Shown: positions 46,802 to 57,509, counted from the stretch's first letter. The stretch: DNA of 64,000 nucleotides from Chryseolinea sp. (GCA_025923195.1 JAICGJ010000004.1:12610-76609); one strand, 5' to 3'. The notes: generated from the letters alone by a model not told the origin. Numbers and translations: made by a program.

Positions 46802-48583
46802 TTATCTGTCAATATCCGCCAGTACATAATCCATTGCACCGAGAATGCTCAACAAATCTGCGACGGTATAACCACGGCTTATATAGGGTAACATTTGCAT
46901 ATGTGCAAAGGATGGGGTACGAATCCGAACTCGATATGGGGACGTATTACCATCACTGACGGCAAAATATCCGTTTGCGCCCTTAGGTGCCTCGATACAG
47001 CTCAAAGCTTCTCCTCCTGGGATAACAGGTCCCCAGCTAACACCTAGAAAATGCGTAATGAGTGTCTCTATATCCTGCATTGTATTTTTTTTAATTGGTG
47101 GTGTTGTGAGCGGGTGATCCGCTTTATACGGACCCGGCGGCATATTTTTCCAGCATTGTTCGATGATCCGAAGACTCTGACGCATTTCTTCAACTCGTAC
47201 AGCAGCGCGATCAAAACAGTCGCCGTTATTTCCCAGTGGCACGTCGAAGTCGAACATTTCATAACCTGAATACGGACGTTTTTTTCGGAAGTCCCAATCA
47301 AAACCGCAGGCTCGCAGGTTGGCACCCGTCGCCCCCCATTCAATGGCTTCCTCGGTTGTAAAAATTCCTATGCCTTCCGTCCGAGCCTTAAACAAACTGT
47401 TCTTCATTACCAGGTTGTCGTATTCGCGAAGGCGGGCCGGAAAATAATCAATGAATTTCTTAACGAGCGAGTCCCAGCCGACGGGTAGGTCCTGTGCAGT
47501 ACCACCGATTCGAAACCAGTTCGGGTGCATTCGTCCGCCACAGACGGCCTCAACAATATCGAATACCCTTTCCCGGTCTGTGAACATGTAGAAGACAGGG
47601 GAGAGCTGGCCGACGTCCTGTGCAAAAGTACCGTACCAAACCAAGTGACTGGCAATTCTGAAAAACTCGCACATCATGACACGAATTACTTTTGCCCTTT
47701 CAGGGACCGTGATGCCTGCAAGATTTTCGACTGCTAATAGATAGGCGAGGTTGTTGTTTACTCCACCCAAATAATCGATCCTGTCGGTGTAAGGAATATA
47801 GGTGTGCCATGATTGACGTTCAGCCATTTTTTCAGCACCGCGATGGTGAAAACCGATGTCAGGCACGGCCTGGACAATATCTTCGCCGTCCAACTGTAAG
47901 ACTATGCGCAAGACGCCATGCGTTCCCGGGTGTTGCGGTCCGATATTCAGGAACATGAAATCAGATTCATCGCTATGAAGTTCCATGCCCCACTCCTCAG
48001 GACGGAATTGTAGTGCTGATTGTTCCAGGTCCTGCTTTTCCTGCCATAAGCGGAAGGGACCCATCTCTGTCGCCCTCGCGGGGTGTTCTTTTCTCAATGG
48101 ATGACCTTCCCACGTAAGGGGCATCAGGATTCTCGTCAGGTGTGGATGTCCATCAAAGTGAATACCGAACATGTCGTAAACTTCGCGTTCATACCAATTG
48201 GCATTAGCCCAAAGCGCCGAGATGCTGGGTACGGCAGGATAATCTTCGCGCAGGGCAATCTTGATGCGTATGAACGTATTGCGGTCAAAGGAAAAAAGAT
48301 GGTATACGATGCTAAAATGTGAAGTGGGGTAGTCACCATCCTTCTTTCGGCTTCGTTCGTCAATGGCCGTCAGATCGAATAAGAAAGGGAAGGGATTGGG
48401 GATTTCAGATTTAAGAAACCTTAATACTTCAACGATGCGATCCAACGGTACCCAAACGGTGAGTAGATCATCCTTTGTTACTTGCTTGGTGAATGTTGCT
48501 TCACCAAACCTTAAATTCAAACTTTCTGTTGGATCAATGTTCTCCATAAGTTTATGGTGGATGTCCAATGGTTCACAGTCCAT
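46802..48583 (-). CDS. nuoC: Fused NADH-quinone oxidoreductase subunit C/D
   Basis: A single 593-aa ORF. The N-terminal part is NuoC-like (..[19 protein letters not shown]..) and the C-terminal part is NuoD-like (..[14 protein letters not shown].. ending ..[12 protein letters not shown]). Confidence 0.93.
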   Translation of the reverse strand: MDCEPLDIHHKLMENIDPTESLNLRFGEATFTKQVTKDDLLTVWVPLDRIVEVLRFLKSEIPNPFPFLFDLTAIDERSRKKDGDYPTSHFSIVYHLFSFDRNTFIRIKIALREDYPAVPSISALWANANWYEREVYDMFGIHFDGHPHLTRILMPLTWEGHPLRKEHPARATEMGPFRLWQEKQDLEQSALQFRPEEWGMELHSDESDFMFLNIGPQHPGTHGVLRIVLQLDGEDIVQAVPDIGFHHRGAEKMAERQSWHTYIPYTDRIDYLGGVNNNLAYLLAVENLAGITVPERAKVIRVMMCEFFRIASHLVWYGTFAQDVGQLSPVFYMFTDRERVFDIVEAVCGGRMHPNWFRIGGTAQDLPVGWDSLVKKFIDYFPARLREYDNLVMKNSLFKARTEGIGIFTTEEAIEWGATGANLRACGFDWDFRKKRPYSGYEMFDFDVPLGNNGDCFDRAAVRVEEMRQSLRIIEQCWKNMPPGPYKADHPLTTPPIKKNTMQDIETLITHFLGVSWGPVIPGGEALSCIEAPKGANGYFAVSDGNTSPYRVRIRTPSFAHMQMLPYISRGYTVADLLSILGAMDYVLADIDR

Positions 48584-48676
48584 AGTCTATAGTCCATAGC
48601 CGCTGTTCTTAAGTCTTTGTGCCTTAGGCCCTCTTCATTGCCATGGACCATCGACCATGGACCATGGACTTTCCTC
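48581..48676. repeat. nuoB-nuoCD spacer: CATAGTC-type heptamers facing CCATGGA-type heptamers
   Basis: CATAGTC TATAGTC CATAGCC lies at 48581-48601 and starts on the nuoCD start codon. CCATGGA CCATCGA CCATGGA CCATGGA lies at 48641-48668. The arms are imperfect reverse complements (AGTCCATAG vs AGTCCATGG). Confidence 0.8.
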
Positions 48677-49315
48677 TCAAACCTCGTCCGGCGACCGGAA
48701 TGTTATCATATCCTTTCTCTTTTCATACCTTCTATCTTTTACGGCAATCTTTTCAGGTTTGACTACACCTTGTTCACCAATCACCCAGCTGAGCGGCCGT
48801 TGTTCTTTTCCAACAGACTCAGCGAGCAGCATCAACCCTTCCATAAAGGCATCGGGTCTTGGCGGGCAGCCTGGGACATAAACGTCTACAGGCAGGAATT
48901 TGTCAACGCCCTGCACGACACTATAAATATCATACATACCCCCTGAGTTGGCACATGATCCCATGGAGATCACCCACCGGGGTTGCATCATTTGTTCGTG
49001 TAGCCTTTTGATGATAGGGGCCATTTTTATAAAAACAGTTCCTGCAATTATCATAACGTCAGCCTCTCGCGGCGTGCCACGTATAACTTCTGCTCCAAAT
49101 CGTGCAACGTCGTACTTTGGTGTCATACTCGTGGCCATTTCCACGAAACAGCAGGACAATCCAAAATGAAATGGCCACATGGAATTCTTTCGGCCCCAGC
49201 CCAGCAGGCGCTGTACAGAGGTTAGCATAACACTTTGACGCACTGATTCTTCAAAGGAGCCTGTACCTTGCAATGCACTGACAGGGGCGTCTGGTTTGCT
49301 TAGCCACCATTTCAT
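48677..49315 (-). CDS. nuoB: NADH-quinone oxidoreductase subunit B
   Basis: [21 protein letters not shown] and GCPPRP motifs. Confidence 0.95.
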   Translation of the reverse strand: MKWWLSKPDAPVSALQGTGSFEESVRQSVMLTSVQRLLGWGRKNSMWPFHFGLSCCFVEMATSMTPKYDVARFGAEVIRGTPREADVMIIAGTVFIKMAPIIKRLHEQMMQPRWVISMGSCANSGGMYDIYSVVQGVDKFLPVDVYVPGCPPRPDAFMEGLMLLAESVGKEQRPLSWVIGEQGVVKPEKIAVKDRRYEKRKDMITFRSPDEV

Positions 49316-49746
49316 GACTTGATTTTTTTCTTTGTTAGTTTTTTATAAGCCTTTAGGATTTTCTTCCCGTCAGGACCAAAGTCAAGCGCGCCATTCCGCC
49401 ATTCATAAATAAGTACGACAAACAAAAGGATAACAAATATTCCCACACCAACATAGCCGAACCAACCCAGTTCCCTGAATGCAATTGCCCATGAAAAGAT
49501 GAATATGGTCTCTACGTCAAAAATGACGAAGAGCATTGCGATGAGATAGAACTGTGAAGAAAAACGGAGACGGGCGCCGCCGGTGCTAAGAATACCACCT
49601 TCATAAGGTTCGTTGGTGGCGTGTTCTTTGTGACGCTGACCTAATATAAACGAAAGACCCAGCATTAATATTACCAGGCCAATCACAATGGCCCCGTAAA
49701 CCAATAGAGGCCATAAGGGAACAGTATTTTCACTCGAAACTTCCAA
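49312..49746 (-). CDS. nuoA: NADH-quinone oxidoreductase subunit A
   Basis: ..[22 protein letters not shown].. is the NuoA signature. Only a TTG start at 49746 keeps TM1, because the next in-frame ATG is 28 codons in. Confidence 0.88.
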   Translation of the reverse strand: MEVSSENTVPLWPLLVYGAIVIGLVILMLGLSFILGQRHKEHATNEPYEGGILSTGGARLRFSSQFYLIAMLFVIFDVETIFIFSWAIAFRELGWFGYVGVGIFVILLFVVLIYEWRNGALDFGPDGKKILKAYKKLTKKKIKS

Positions 49747-50287
49747 AGCGATTTGCCTCCCGCAAATATTCTTTTATGTTCGAAATCTAAATACTTTTAA
49801 AAGTCACTCGGCAAATTCCTTCTCCTAGATATCACCGTGTGCCGCGCAACAATAGAATGCAATCGCAACACAAAACCTGTATAAATTTTTTCTCTTACTA
49901 TACTTATCGTGCGATGAATTGAAGGTAAAAGTTTTCGCAAAACAAACAAAGGCAATCGTTTGTTATTATCTGAAAGGCCTCGGAAAATTTTCCGTGTCCT
50001 GCACTACCCGGCTCCTACCCGCAACCAGCAATTCTATTTAATTGCTATGTTTCATGGATTAGACACTCACAATTTTCAGGAATTCATCCCTTCATTTCTG
50101 TTTCGACGTGAATTTACGTCCACAAATTCATTACACTGGTTGTATCACATTATCTTTGCTCATTGGGAGAATTGCTTCATAGCGGAAATTTATTTTTACA
50201 CCATTTGAGCAAGAACGCTAGGGTAAGAATAGAGGTCCTGAACATGCACGGTTAAGTAAATTATAAATCAAGCGCCCACTTCGCGAA

Positions 50288-52363
50288 ATGAAAGAGAACA
50301 GCTTCGTCAAGGCCAACGATACATTTTTTGATCGAGATCTAAGCTGGCTTTCTTTTAACGAACGCGTTTTGCTGGAAGCAAGGAGTGAAACCGTGCCACT
50401 CATGGAGCGTATAAGATTTCTTGCGATATACTCTTCCAACCTGGACGAGTTTTACCGTGTGCGAATGCCAACATTGCTGGCCCTTCGAAAATTGTCGGAT
50501 GGTGGCGTAACTGTTCCAACGCATAAAAACCTTGAAGCGATCAATCGGACGATTTCTGAACAACTGCAAAGTTTTGGTGAAACGGTTTCAACCCTAATAC
50601 TGCCTGAACTGAGGCGTAACAATATTCACCTGATATATGATGAACCTTTACCCGACTTTTTGCTGCAGCAATTTAAAATCTATTTTTTGCATCACGTCGC
50701 TGGATTTGTGCAGATCAGTAATCTTTTAAAGGATCGTAAATTTTTTCCGGAAAACAATAAGCTATATCTGGCAGTGTCGGTGGATGAAATCAGAGATGGA
50801 AAGCAGGTCTATATTGTCAACATTCCGTCCGATAGCCTGTCCAGGTTCTATAGCTTAAGGTACGGGGAAACGCAATACATCATTTTTCTGGATGACATCG
50901 TCAAGCTCGCGTTACCTTTACTCTTTTCCGGACGCTTTATCGCATCTCACAGCTTTAAAATTACAAGGGATGCCGAACTGGATCTGGAAGATGAATTCAA
51001 AGGAAATCTTGCCAGGAAAATCGAAAAGAAAATTCACAAGCGCGATCTGGGACTCGCAACGCGATTTTTGTATGAACCAGGCTTTCATTCCGACACTTTA
51101 AAACTACTTAAGACACATCTGAGCTTGAAAAACGCGTGCGTTGTGCAAGGTGGCAGATATCATAATTTGAAAGATCTTTCGTCTCTCCCCGTTGACAATC
51201 CAACTTTGAACTATACCACCTGGTCTAGCATCGACTCGAAGATAAATCATGATTCTATCTTCGACGTCATTAAGAGTGCCGATCGACTATTGCATCCACC
51301 CTATCATAGCTATGATGCGGTAATGCATTTTTTTAATCAGGCGGCCATAGACCCGGCGGTCAAAAGCATTTATGTCACGCTTTACAGGGTTGCTAAGGAA
51401 TCGCGAATAGTTAATGCCTTGATAACCGCTGCGAAAAACGGCAAAAGGGTAATCGTTTTTGTTGAGCTAAAAGCGCGGTTCGATGAAGCAAACAACATCA
51501 AATGGTCCAAAAAAATGAAAACGGCCGGAGTAAAAATTATAGAAAGCATTCCCGGCCTGAAAGTCCATGCGAAGCTAGCATTGGTCAAACGTGTGGCAGA
51601 AGGCCACACTGAGCTGTTTGGACTTCTTTCGACAGGTAATTTCAATGAAATGACGGCTCGTTATTATACGGACCATATTCTCCTAACCTCAAATTACCAG
51701 ATGCTAAGGGAGGTGGAATACCTTTTTAAGGTCCTGCACAATAGAAAAGCAAGAATTGATCATGTTCCCAACCTATTCAATCAACTGCTCGTGGGTCAGT
51801 TCAATTTGCAGCAGCAATTTATTGAATTGATCGATCGGGAGATTCTACACGCAAAGAAGGGACTACCGGCTTCGATAGGTATTAAGTTTAACAACATTGA
51901 GGATAAGGTATTGATCAGTAAATTGTACGAGGCTTCCAATGCTGGTGTAGAAATTATATTGATCGTTCGGGGTATCTGTTGTCTCGTACCCGGTGTGGAA
52001 GGCACGAGTAAGAACATTAAAGTCAGCCGGATCGTTGATCGCTATCTCGAGCACGGTAGAGTGTTCATTTTTCATAACAACAATAATCCCGATGTCTACC
52101 TCGGTTCAGCGGACTGGATGATACGCAACATCTATCGGAGAATTGAGGTCTGTTTTCCGATTTATGATGTAGCATTAAAGACCGAGCTTATAAATATTTT
52201 TCATATACAGGCTCGAGACAACGTGAAGGCTGTGAACCTCGATGAGTGGTGCAGGAATATTCCGGTAGATAGTGACAAAGAAAATGTTATCCAGTCGCAG
52301 CAAGACATTAGCAACTATTTAAGAGATCGCTTGGTTCACGAATCTGTAGAGTATCCAGAATAA
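50288..52363 (+). CDS. ppk1: Polyphosphate kinase 1
   Basis: N-terminal FFDRDLSWLSFNERVLLEA, two PLD-like HKD-type domains (..KVHAKLALV.., ..YLEHGRVFIF..), 691 aa. Confidence 0.93.
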   Translation: MKENSFVKANDTFFDRDLSWLSFNERVLLEARSETVPLMERIRFLAIYSSNLDEFYRVRMPTLLALRKLSDGGVTVPTHKNLEAINRTISEQLQSFGETVSTLILPELRRNNIHLIYDEPLPDFLLQQFKIYFLHHVAGFVQISNLLKDRKFFPENNKLYLAVSVDEIRDGKQVYIVNIPSDSLSRFYSLRYGETQYIIFLDDIVKLALPLLFSGRFIASHSFKITRDAELDLEDEFKGNLARKIEKKIHKRDLGLATRFLYEPGFHSDTLKLLKTHLSLKNACVVQGGRYHNLKDLSSLPVDNPTLNYTTWSSIDSKINHDSIFDVIKSADRLLHPPYHSYDAVMHFFNQAAIDPAVKSIYVTLYRVAKESRIVNALITAAKNGKRVIVFVELKARFDEANNIKWSKKMKTAGVKIIESIPGLKVHAKLALVKRVAEGHTELFGLLSTGNFNEMTARYYTDHILLTSNYQMLREVEYLFKVLHNRKARIDHVPNLFNQLLVGQFNLQQQFIELIDREILHAKKGLPASIGIKFNNIEDKVLISKLYEASNAGVEIILIVRGICCLVPGVEGTSKNIKVSRIVDRYLEHGRVFIFHNNNNPDVYLGSADWMIRNIYRRIEVCFPIYDVALKTELINIFHIQARDNVKAVNLDEWCRNIPVDSDKENVIQSQQDISNYLRDRLVHESVEYPE

Positions 52364-52466
52364 ATTTCTCAATGAGTTTATGGATGGGTGAAATACAATT
52401 AGCGGATGCAAAATGAATGCTGATCCACCTGTAACGTCATCGCACTAGGCTAAAATTGAATGTACC

Positions 52467-54839
52467 TTACTCGGCTCTAAGCGAATTCACAGGATTGATC
52501 ATCGCGGCTTTGGCAGATCTGAAGCCCACGGTTAGCAGTGCGATTATCGCTATTATTGATATTTCCATAAAAAAGATCCACCAGGTCATATTGAAACGAT
52601 ATTCATAATTCTCAAGCCACCGCGACATGATCCACCAGCCCGTAGGAGCTGCCAGTGCGAACGCAATAATGATGAGCAATGAAAATTCTTTCCCGAATAT
52701 CCAAAGTATGTTGGCGACACTTCCACCAAGGACTTTACGAATCCCAATCTCTTTTGTTTTTTGAATCGCCATAAAAGAAACGAGCCCATACAATCCCATA
52801 CAACCGATAAACAATGCTATTACAGAAAAGACCTGGATAAGTCTTAACATGGTCTGTTCTGCTTCATAGAATTCGGCGGTTTGCTGGTCAAGGAATTCAT
52901 ATTCATAAATGAGTTCCGGATACATATTGCTCCAAGACTTTTCCAATGCCGCGAGCGTTGTACGTGCGTCTTTCATATTGATCTTTACGGCAATTTCGTT
53001 ATAGTTCTCTCTTGAAGTGGCTATGAATACAGGTGAGATAGCAGACCGGAAAGACAAATCATGAAAATCCTTCACCACTCCGACAACTGGCCCCTGCTTG
53101 CCATTAGATAGTATCATTTTGCCTAGAATTTCCTCTGGCGAAAGATTGAGTTTGCTGACCAGGGTTTCATTTACAAGAAACTCTCTAATAGTATCGGAAG
53201 GCGTCAGATTTCGGCCTGCTATCAGCTCAATACCAAATGTTGAAATGAAATTCTCATCGCCGCCTTTAAAACTTACTGAAAAGTTTTCAGTTTCCGTCCT
53301 TTTGTCAAAGGTTATCATTGTTCCCCACCGACTACCGGAGGCCGGAGCTGCGAAACAGGCCGTGACGTTCTCTACATTCGGAATTTGTCGAAGTTGTTCC
53401 CTTAATAAATTCATTTTGTTGTCCCTGGATCCTACGGGAAGCATGACGATAGCGTCCCGGCTAAAGCCCATGTCTGTTTGGAAAAAATATCTCATCTGGA
53501 AAACAATTACGATAAGTCCGATCATCAACACCTGTGCGATAGTAAATTGCGCAATGATCAGTACCCGCCGGAGCCCAAATTGGCTACGGCTCTGACTTGT
53601 AAGTTTGCCTTTTAATGCCTGAACTGGCTTAAATCCAGATAGAATAAGGCCGGGATAGGATCCCGATAGAAAAGTGACTACGATTATAGTTCCCACCAAA
53701 AAGAAAATAAATGCCGGATCAGAAAATAGATCAAGCGTCACGCGCGTATCGAACCATGAATTCAGGTAAGGGAGTAAAGCATATGCAAGACAGAAGGCAA
53801 CCAGCGATGAAAGTAATACGATGACGCTGGTTTCAACCATGAATTGAAAAAACAACTGTACCCGTACACTGCCGAGCGCTTTGCGAACTCCAATTTCTCT
53901 TGCTCTATTAATGGCCTGTGCAGTGGCAAGGTTAATAAAATTCAGACATGCCGTGATAATTAAGAAGACACCAATTACGGCTAAAACGCCAATGGTGGTC
54001 TTAGACATTCTACCCTCGTATTTCGGATTGAAGTGCATATCGTCAAGCGGCTGAAGCTTGTAATGATGTACGTTCTTATTTTCTGCTCTGTATTTTTTTA
54101 CGTATGCAGGCAGTGCCTCTTCAACTTCACCGGGAATTACTCCGGGGTGTAGCAGTACAAATGATTGAATATCGGATGTGATCCCGCTCCAGGCGTCATC
54201 GGCAGCATACCACTCATTATATTGACCGATGGTAGGGTAGGAGAAATATATTTCGGAACGGAAATCAGTATTATCGGGAATATCTTTCAGTACGCCGGTG
54301 ATTTTAAAATCGATTTGATTGCCGAAGCTGAACGTTTTATTCAAAGGTGATTCATTCCCAAAATATTTTCTGGCGATGTTTTCGGTTATGATGGCAGTAT
54401 TTGGCTCTGCAAGTGCCGTTCGTAGGTGCCCGGCGATCAGCGGAAAATTAAATATTTCAAAGAACTCAGTCTCGGCGAATGCAACAGTTTCTCTGAACTT
54501 ATTAGTATTCCCATTATCTTCAACGGTGATCAGCCGCTCAGTAAGTGTACAGATTCGCCCCACCTTTTCTCCAAAAGTGTAGTCATCGCGAAAAGCCTTT
54601 CCGAACGCCGGAGGAACACTTGACGCATATGTAACTATGTCACGATGCTGTTCGGTAACAAAACGATATATCCTTTCTTTGTTTTTATGGAAATTATCGA
54701 AACTCAAATGGTAGTGAACTAAAGAAAATATTAATAACCCACAGGTTATGCCCAGCGCTAGCCCTGAAACGTTAATAGTCGTCGATGAAGCGGATCGCAT
54801 AATATTTCTAATGGCGATCTTAAAATAATTGCGAAACAT
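52467..54839 (-). CDS. ABC transporter permease, FtsX/MacB-like with two FtsX domains
   Basis: Classic N-terminus MFRNYFKIAIRNIMR. Two 4-TM FtsX modules are each preceded by a large periplasmic domain (..EIGVRKALGS.., ..EIGIRKVLGGS..). Confidence 0.88.
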   Translation of the reverse strand: MFRNYFKIAIRNIMRSASSTTINVSGLALGITCGLLIFSLVHYHLSFDNFHKNKERIYRFVTEQHRDIVTYASSVPPAFGKAFRDDYTFGEKVGRICTLTERLITVEDNGNTNKFRETVAFAETEFFEIFNFPLIAGHLRTALAEPNTAIITENIARKYFGNESPLNKTFSFGNQIDFKITGVLKDIPDNTDFRSEIYFSYPTIGQYNEWYAADDAWSGITSDIQSFVLLHPGVIPGEVEEALPAYVKKYRAENKNVHHYKLQPLDDMHFNPKYEGRMSKTTIGVLAVIGVFLIITACLNFINLATAQAINRAREIGVRKALGSVRVQLFFQFMVETSVIVLLSSLVAFCLAYALLPYLNSWFDTRVTLDLFSDPAFIFFLVGTIIVVTFLSGSYPGLILSGFKPVQALKGKLTSQSRSQFGLRRVLIIAQFTIAQVLMIGLIVIVFQMRYFFQTDMGFSRDAIVMLPVGSRDNKMNLLREQLRQIPNVENVTACFAAPASGSRWGTMITFDKRTETENFSVSFKGGDENFISTFGIELIAGRNLTPSDTIREFLVNETLVSKLNLSPEEILGKMILSNGKQGPVVGVVKDFHDLSFRSAISPVFIATSRENYNEIAVKINMKDARTTLAALEKSWSNMYPELIYEYEFLDQQTAEFYEAEQTMLRLIQVFSVIALFIGCMGLYGLVSFMAIQKTKEIGIRKVLGGSVANILWIFGKEFSLLIIIAFALAAPTGWWIMSRWLENYEYRFNMTWWIFFMEISIIAIIALLTVGFRSAKAAMINPVNSLRAE

Positions 54840-55141
54840 AACAGCCTTTTAAACAAAATTCTTCTTCCGATAATCATGCCACATTGACGATCCCTGTTTG
54901 CACATGAATAACCCTTTCAGTTTGTGAATGCCTGTCCGTTTGGATGAATACTTGTTCGTTTTTGAAACACAAGTGAGCACAAGAAGAATAGGAACGTGAA
55001 CAACTGAAAATCTTGGGTTGTTATAATTTTCAAACTATACGTTCAATTCGAATTGAGACATTACAATATCCAGCAGGGTATTGTGGTTCGAGTGATTGAA
55101 AAAAATCCGATGAAAAGAATTTCAACTATTAAAAAAAACTT

Positions 55142-55972
55142 ATGGATAACAGTAAGATTATGTTCAGGTACATTGTTAATGATACCGAAAGGGCAATGCG
55201 GTTCTATGAGGAGAATCTGGACTTTAGAGTTGATATGCATCCGGCCCCAGGATTTGCTGCACTGTCGAGAGGAAACCTACGATTATTCTTGAATCAACCC
55301 GGTGTAGGAGGCGCAGGGCAAAAAATGCCGGATGGAACCGCCCCCGAGCCAGGTGGCTGGAACAGGATCCAGATCAATGTCGACAACGCAGAAACCATGT
55401 ACCGTAAGTTAAAGGACAAGGGTGCCGAATTCAGGAGCGGGATCATTGAAGGAATCGGTGGAAAACAAATTTTGTTAAAAGATCCATCTGGAAATTTGAT
55501 CGAGCTCTTTGAAGCCAAGCAAAACGGTCAGCCGAATTATATTCCCGAAGGCTATCATACTATCACACCTTTCATCGCCACGGACCAGCCAATTGAAGTG
55601 ATCCAGTTCATCGAATCCGCGTTTAAGGGTGAAGTTAATTCGAGCATGAACTCCGACGATGGCATTCTCCGGCACGCTACGATCCGGATTGGAGATAGTC
55701 TCATTATGATTTCAAATGGTACGGATCTTTACGAATCCATGCCTCTCATGCTTTATGTGTACGTTGAGGATGTTGACGAAACTTATCGGCAGGCTTTGCA
55801 GGCTGGATCAATTTCGATGCAGGAGCCTCGCGATGAGTTCTATGGTGACAGAAGAGCGGGAGTGAAAGATAAATGGAATAATAGGTGGTGGATTGCTACG
55901 CACATAAAAGATCTGTCAGCTAACGAAATTAAGATGCGCGAACGCGAGTTCCGGCAGCAGACTAAAACGTAA
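55142..55972 (+). CDS. VOC (glyoxalase/bleomycin-resistance/dioxygenase) family protein, two tandem domains
   Basis: Two beta-alpha-beta-beta-beta modules (..RAMRFYEENLDF.., ..DPSGNLIELFE..; ..FYGDRRAGVKDKWNNRWWIAT..). Confidence 0.75.
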   Translation: MDNSKIMFRYIVNDTERAMRFYEENLDFRVDMHPAPGFAALSRGNLRLFLNQPGVGGAGQKMPDGTAPEPGGWNRIQINVDNAETMYRKLKDKGAEFRSGIIEGIGGKQILLKDPSGNLIELFEAKQNGQPNYIPEGYHTITPFIATDQPIEVIQFIESAFKGEVNSSMNSDDGILRHATIRIGDSLIMISNGTDLYESMPLMLYVYVEDVDETYRQALQAGSISMQEPRDEFYGDRRAGVKDKWNNRWWIATHIKDLSANEIKMREREFRQQTKT

Positions 55973-55976
55973 AACA

Positions 55977-56036
55977 TCCCTCGAAGGGTCGGCGATGTCT
56001 ATTATTAAATGATCCTTCAGCCGATTCTTCGAGGGA
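55977..56036 (+). terminator. Long stem-loop 5 nt after the VOC gene stop (terminator-like, no U-tract)
   Basis: 55977-55993 TCCCTCGAAGGGTCGGC pairs with 56020-56036 GCCGATTCTTCGAGGGA, giving 17 bp including 2 G.U pairs. The loop is 26 nt. Confidence 0.45.
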
Positions 56037-56235
56037 GAGATAGTTTCAGTCGGAGTAAATAAGTTTTTTTGCAATACGAGCCCCCGAACGGTGTTTAGTG
56101 CCAAAACCTCAATGCAAACGTTGTCCCTCTGGTTTTTCGGGGGGGAATCACAATTACTCTGTGGTCAAGAGAGTGCTTAGTCCCAACGTATTGCATAATT
56201 TCTTATTTTTATCTCTTATACAATCTGGAAACTGC

Positions 56236-57198
56236 ATGTTCTTTAATAAGATCAAGAGAAAAGAGTCTGGTCTTTTGCTCTACGGTATTACGCCGCCAAA
56301 GTCATCGACGCCTGCGGAAAAGGTAAGTGAGATCGCTGAAAAAAGCCTGAATATCCTGTCAAAACTTGACATTGATGCATTAGTTGTTTATGACGTACAG
56401 GATGAATCAGCGAGAACGTCGGAAGAGAGGCCATTTCCGTTCGCCAGTGCACTTGATCCCTTCGAATTTACAAGTCAGTACTTGGGACGCCTTGCAGTTC
56501 CCAAAATAATCTACCGGCCCGCAGGTATGTTTACTCGTGACGAGTTAACACAATGGTTGAACGCGCTGAAGACGCATGGATTTTATCCTGTATTTGTTGG
56601 CGTGCCTGCACCTGATTATGTGGTTAAGACTAGTCTGAAGGAGGCTTATGAGATCTGGCGTGAGCATCATGTTGAACACTCCGTGATCGGAGCAGTCACC
56701 ATTCCTGAAAGACACGCTATTTTAAAAGACGAAGATGTAAGGATCCTTGACAAAGTGGATTGTGGTGTATCGTACTTTATATCCCAATGTATCTTCAATG
56801 TAGAGTTTACAAAAAAAATTCTTGATGACTTAGTTGCTGCCTGTCGACATAAAACACAGGAATTACCAACCATAATTTTTACGCTCACAATATGTGGGTC
56901 CGTTAAGACGCTTTATTTTATGGAGTGGCTTGGGATCCACATCCCCGACGACATCAAAGCGGACCTGAAGGCATCTCCCAACGCTGCCGCCCGTTCCGTG
57001 GAATTAGCCGTGGCAATTGCCAAGGATCTTACGCAATATTGCATCGACAGGTCCATCCCATTTGGATTTAATATAGAAAGCGTTGCGACCAGGAGAGATG
57101 AAGTTGATGCTTCTCTGGAGCTGTTGAATACAATAGCGGGACTGCTTAGGGAAAATGGCTTGCGTAGTCAGGTGAAAAAACACCAGTTTGTAAGCTGA
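56236..57198 (+). CDS. Methylenetetrahydrofolate reductase-like TIM-barrel protein
   Basis: ..LLYGITPPKSSTPAEK...LDIDALVVYDVQDE.. resembles the MTHFR family N-terminal pattern (E..PPk......l......L......d...VT). Start set at ATG 56236. Confidence 0.5.
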   Translation: MFFNKIKRKESGLLLYGITPPKSSTPAEKVSEIAEKSLNILSKLDIDALVVYDVQDESARTSEERPFPFASALDPFEFTSQYLGRLAVPKIIYRPAGMFTRDELTQWLNALKTHGFYPVFVGVPAPDYVVKTSLKEAYEIWREHHVEHSVIGAVTIPERHAILKDEDVRILDKVDCGVSYFISQCIFNVEFTKKILDDLVAACRHKTQELPTIIFTLTICGSVKTLYFMEWLGIHIPDDIKADLKASPNAAARSVELAVAIAKDLTQYCIDRSIPFGFNIESVATRRDEVDASLELLNTIAGLLRENGLRSQVKKHQFVS

Positions 57199-57509
57199 AG
57201 CGCCAACAATTTGGCTTATTTTTTTCAACATTTTGCGGCCTATTTTCAAGTTTCCATATTTGGTACAGTGATGGCTAGGGCAAATACCGGGACCATTACT
57301 CGAAATTGTTAGACTATAACGGATGGTATTTTATACACTACCCGCCACAATTCTTTCAAAAGGCGAATCAGTCTTCCAGGAGTAGATTTAGTTGCGTTTC
57401 CAAAAGCGTCTCCCGCTTCGCGGCATGGAGCCTACGAGCGTAGATAACCAAAAAGTTTAACTACATCAAATTGTGTCTAAATTAGAGCTGCTTTGCGACA
57501 CATCGCCTA

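Noticed and set aside
49960-50208. 82-aa ORF in the nuoA-ppk1 intergenic region (and the 73-aa minus-strand ORF at 50218-50439)
   Set aside because: Neither has recognisable motifs, both start with non-ATG or weak context, and the second overlaps the ppk1 5' end. I regard both as non-coding.
53098-53595. 165-aa plus-strand ORF
   Set aside because: It is antisense inside the FtsX/MacB permease gene, with a Ser/Leu/Ile-rich shadow translation.
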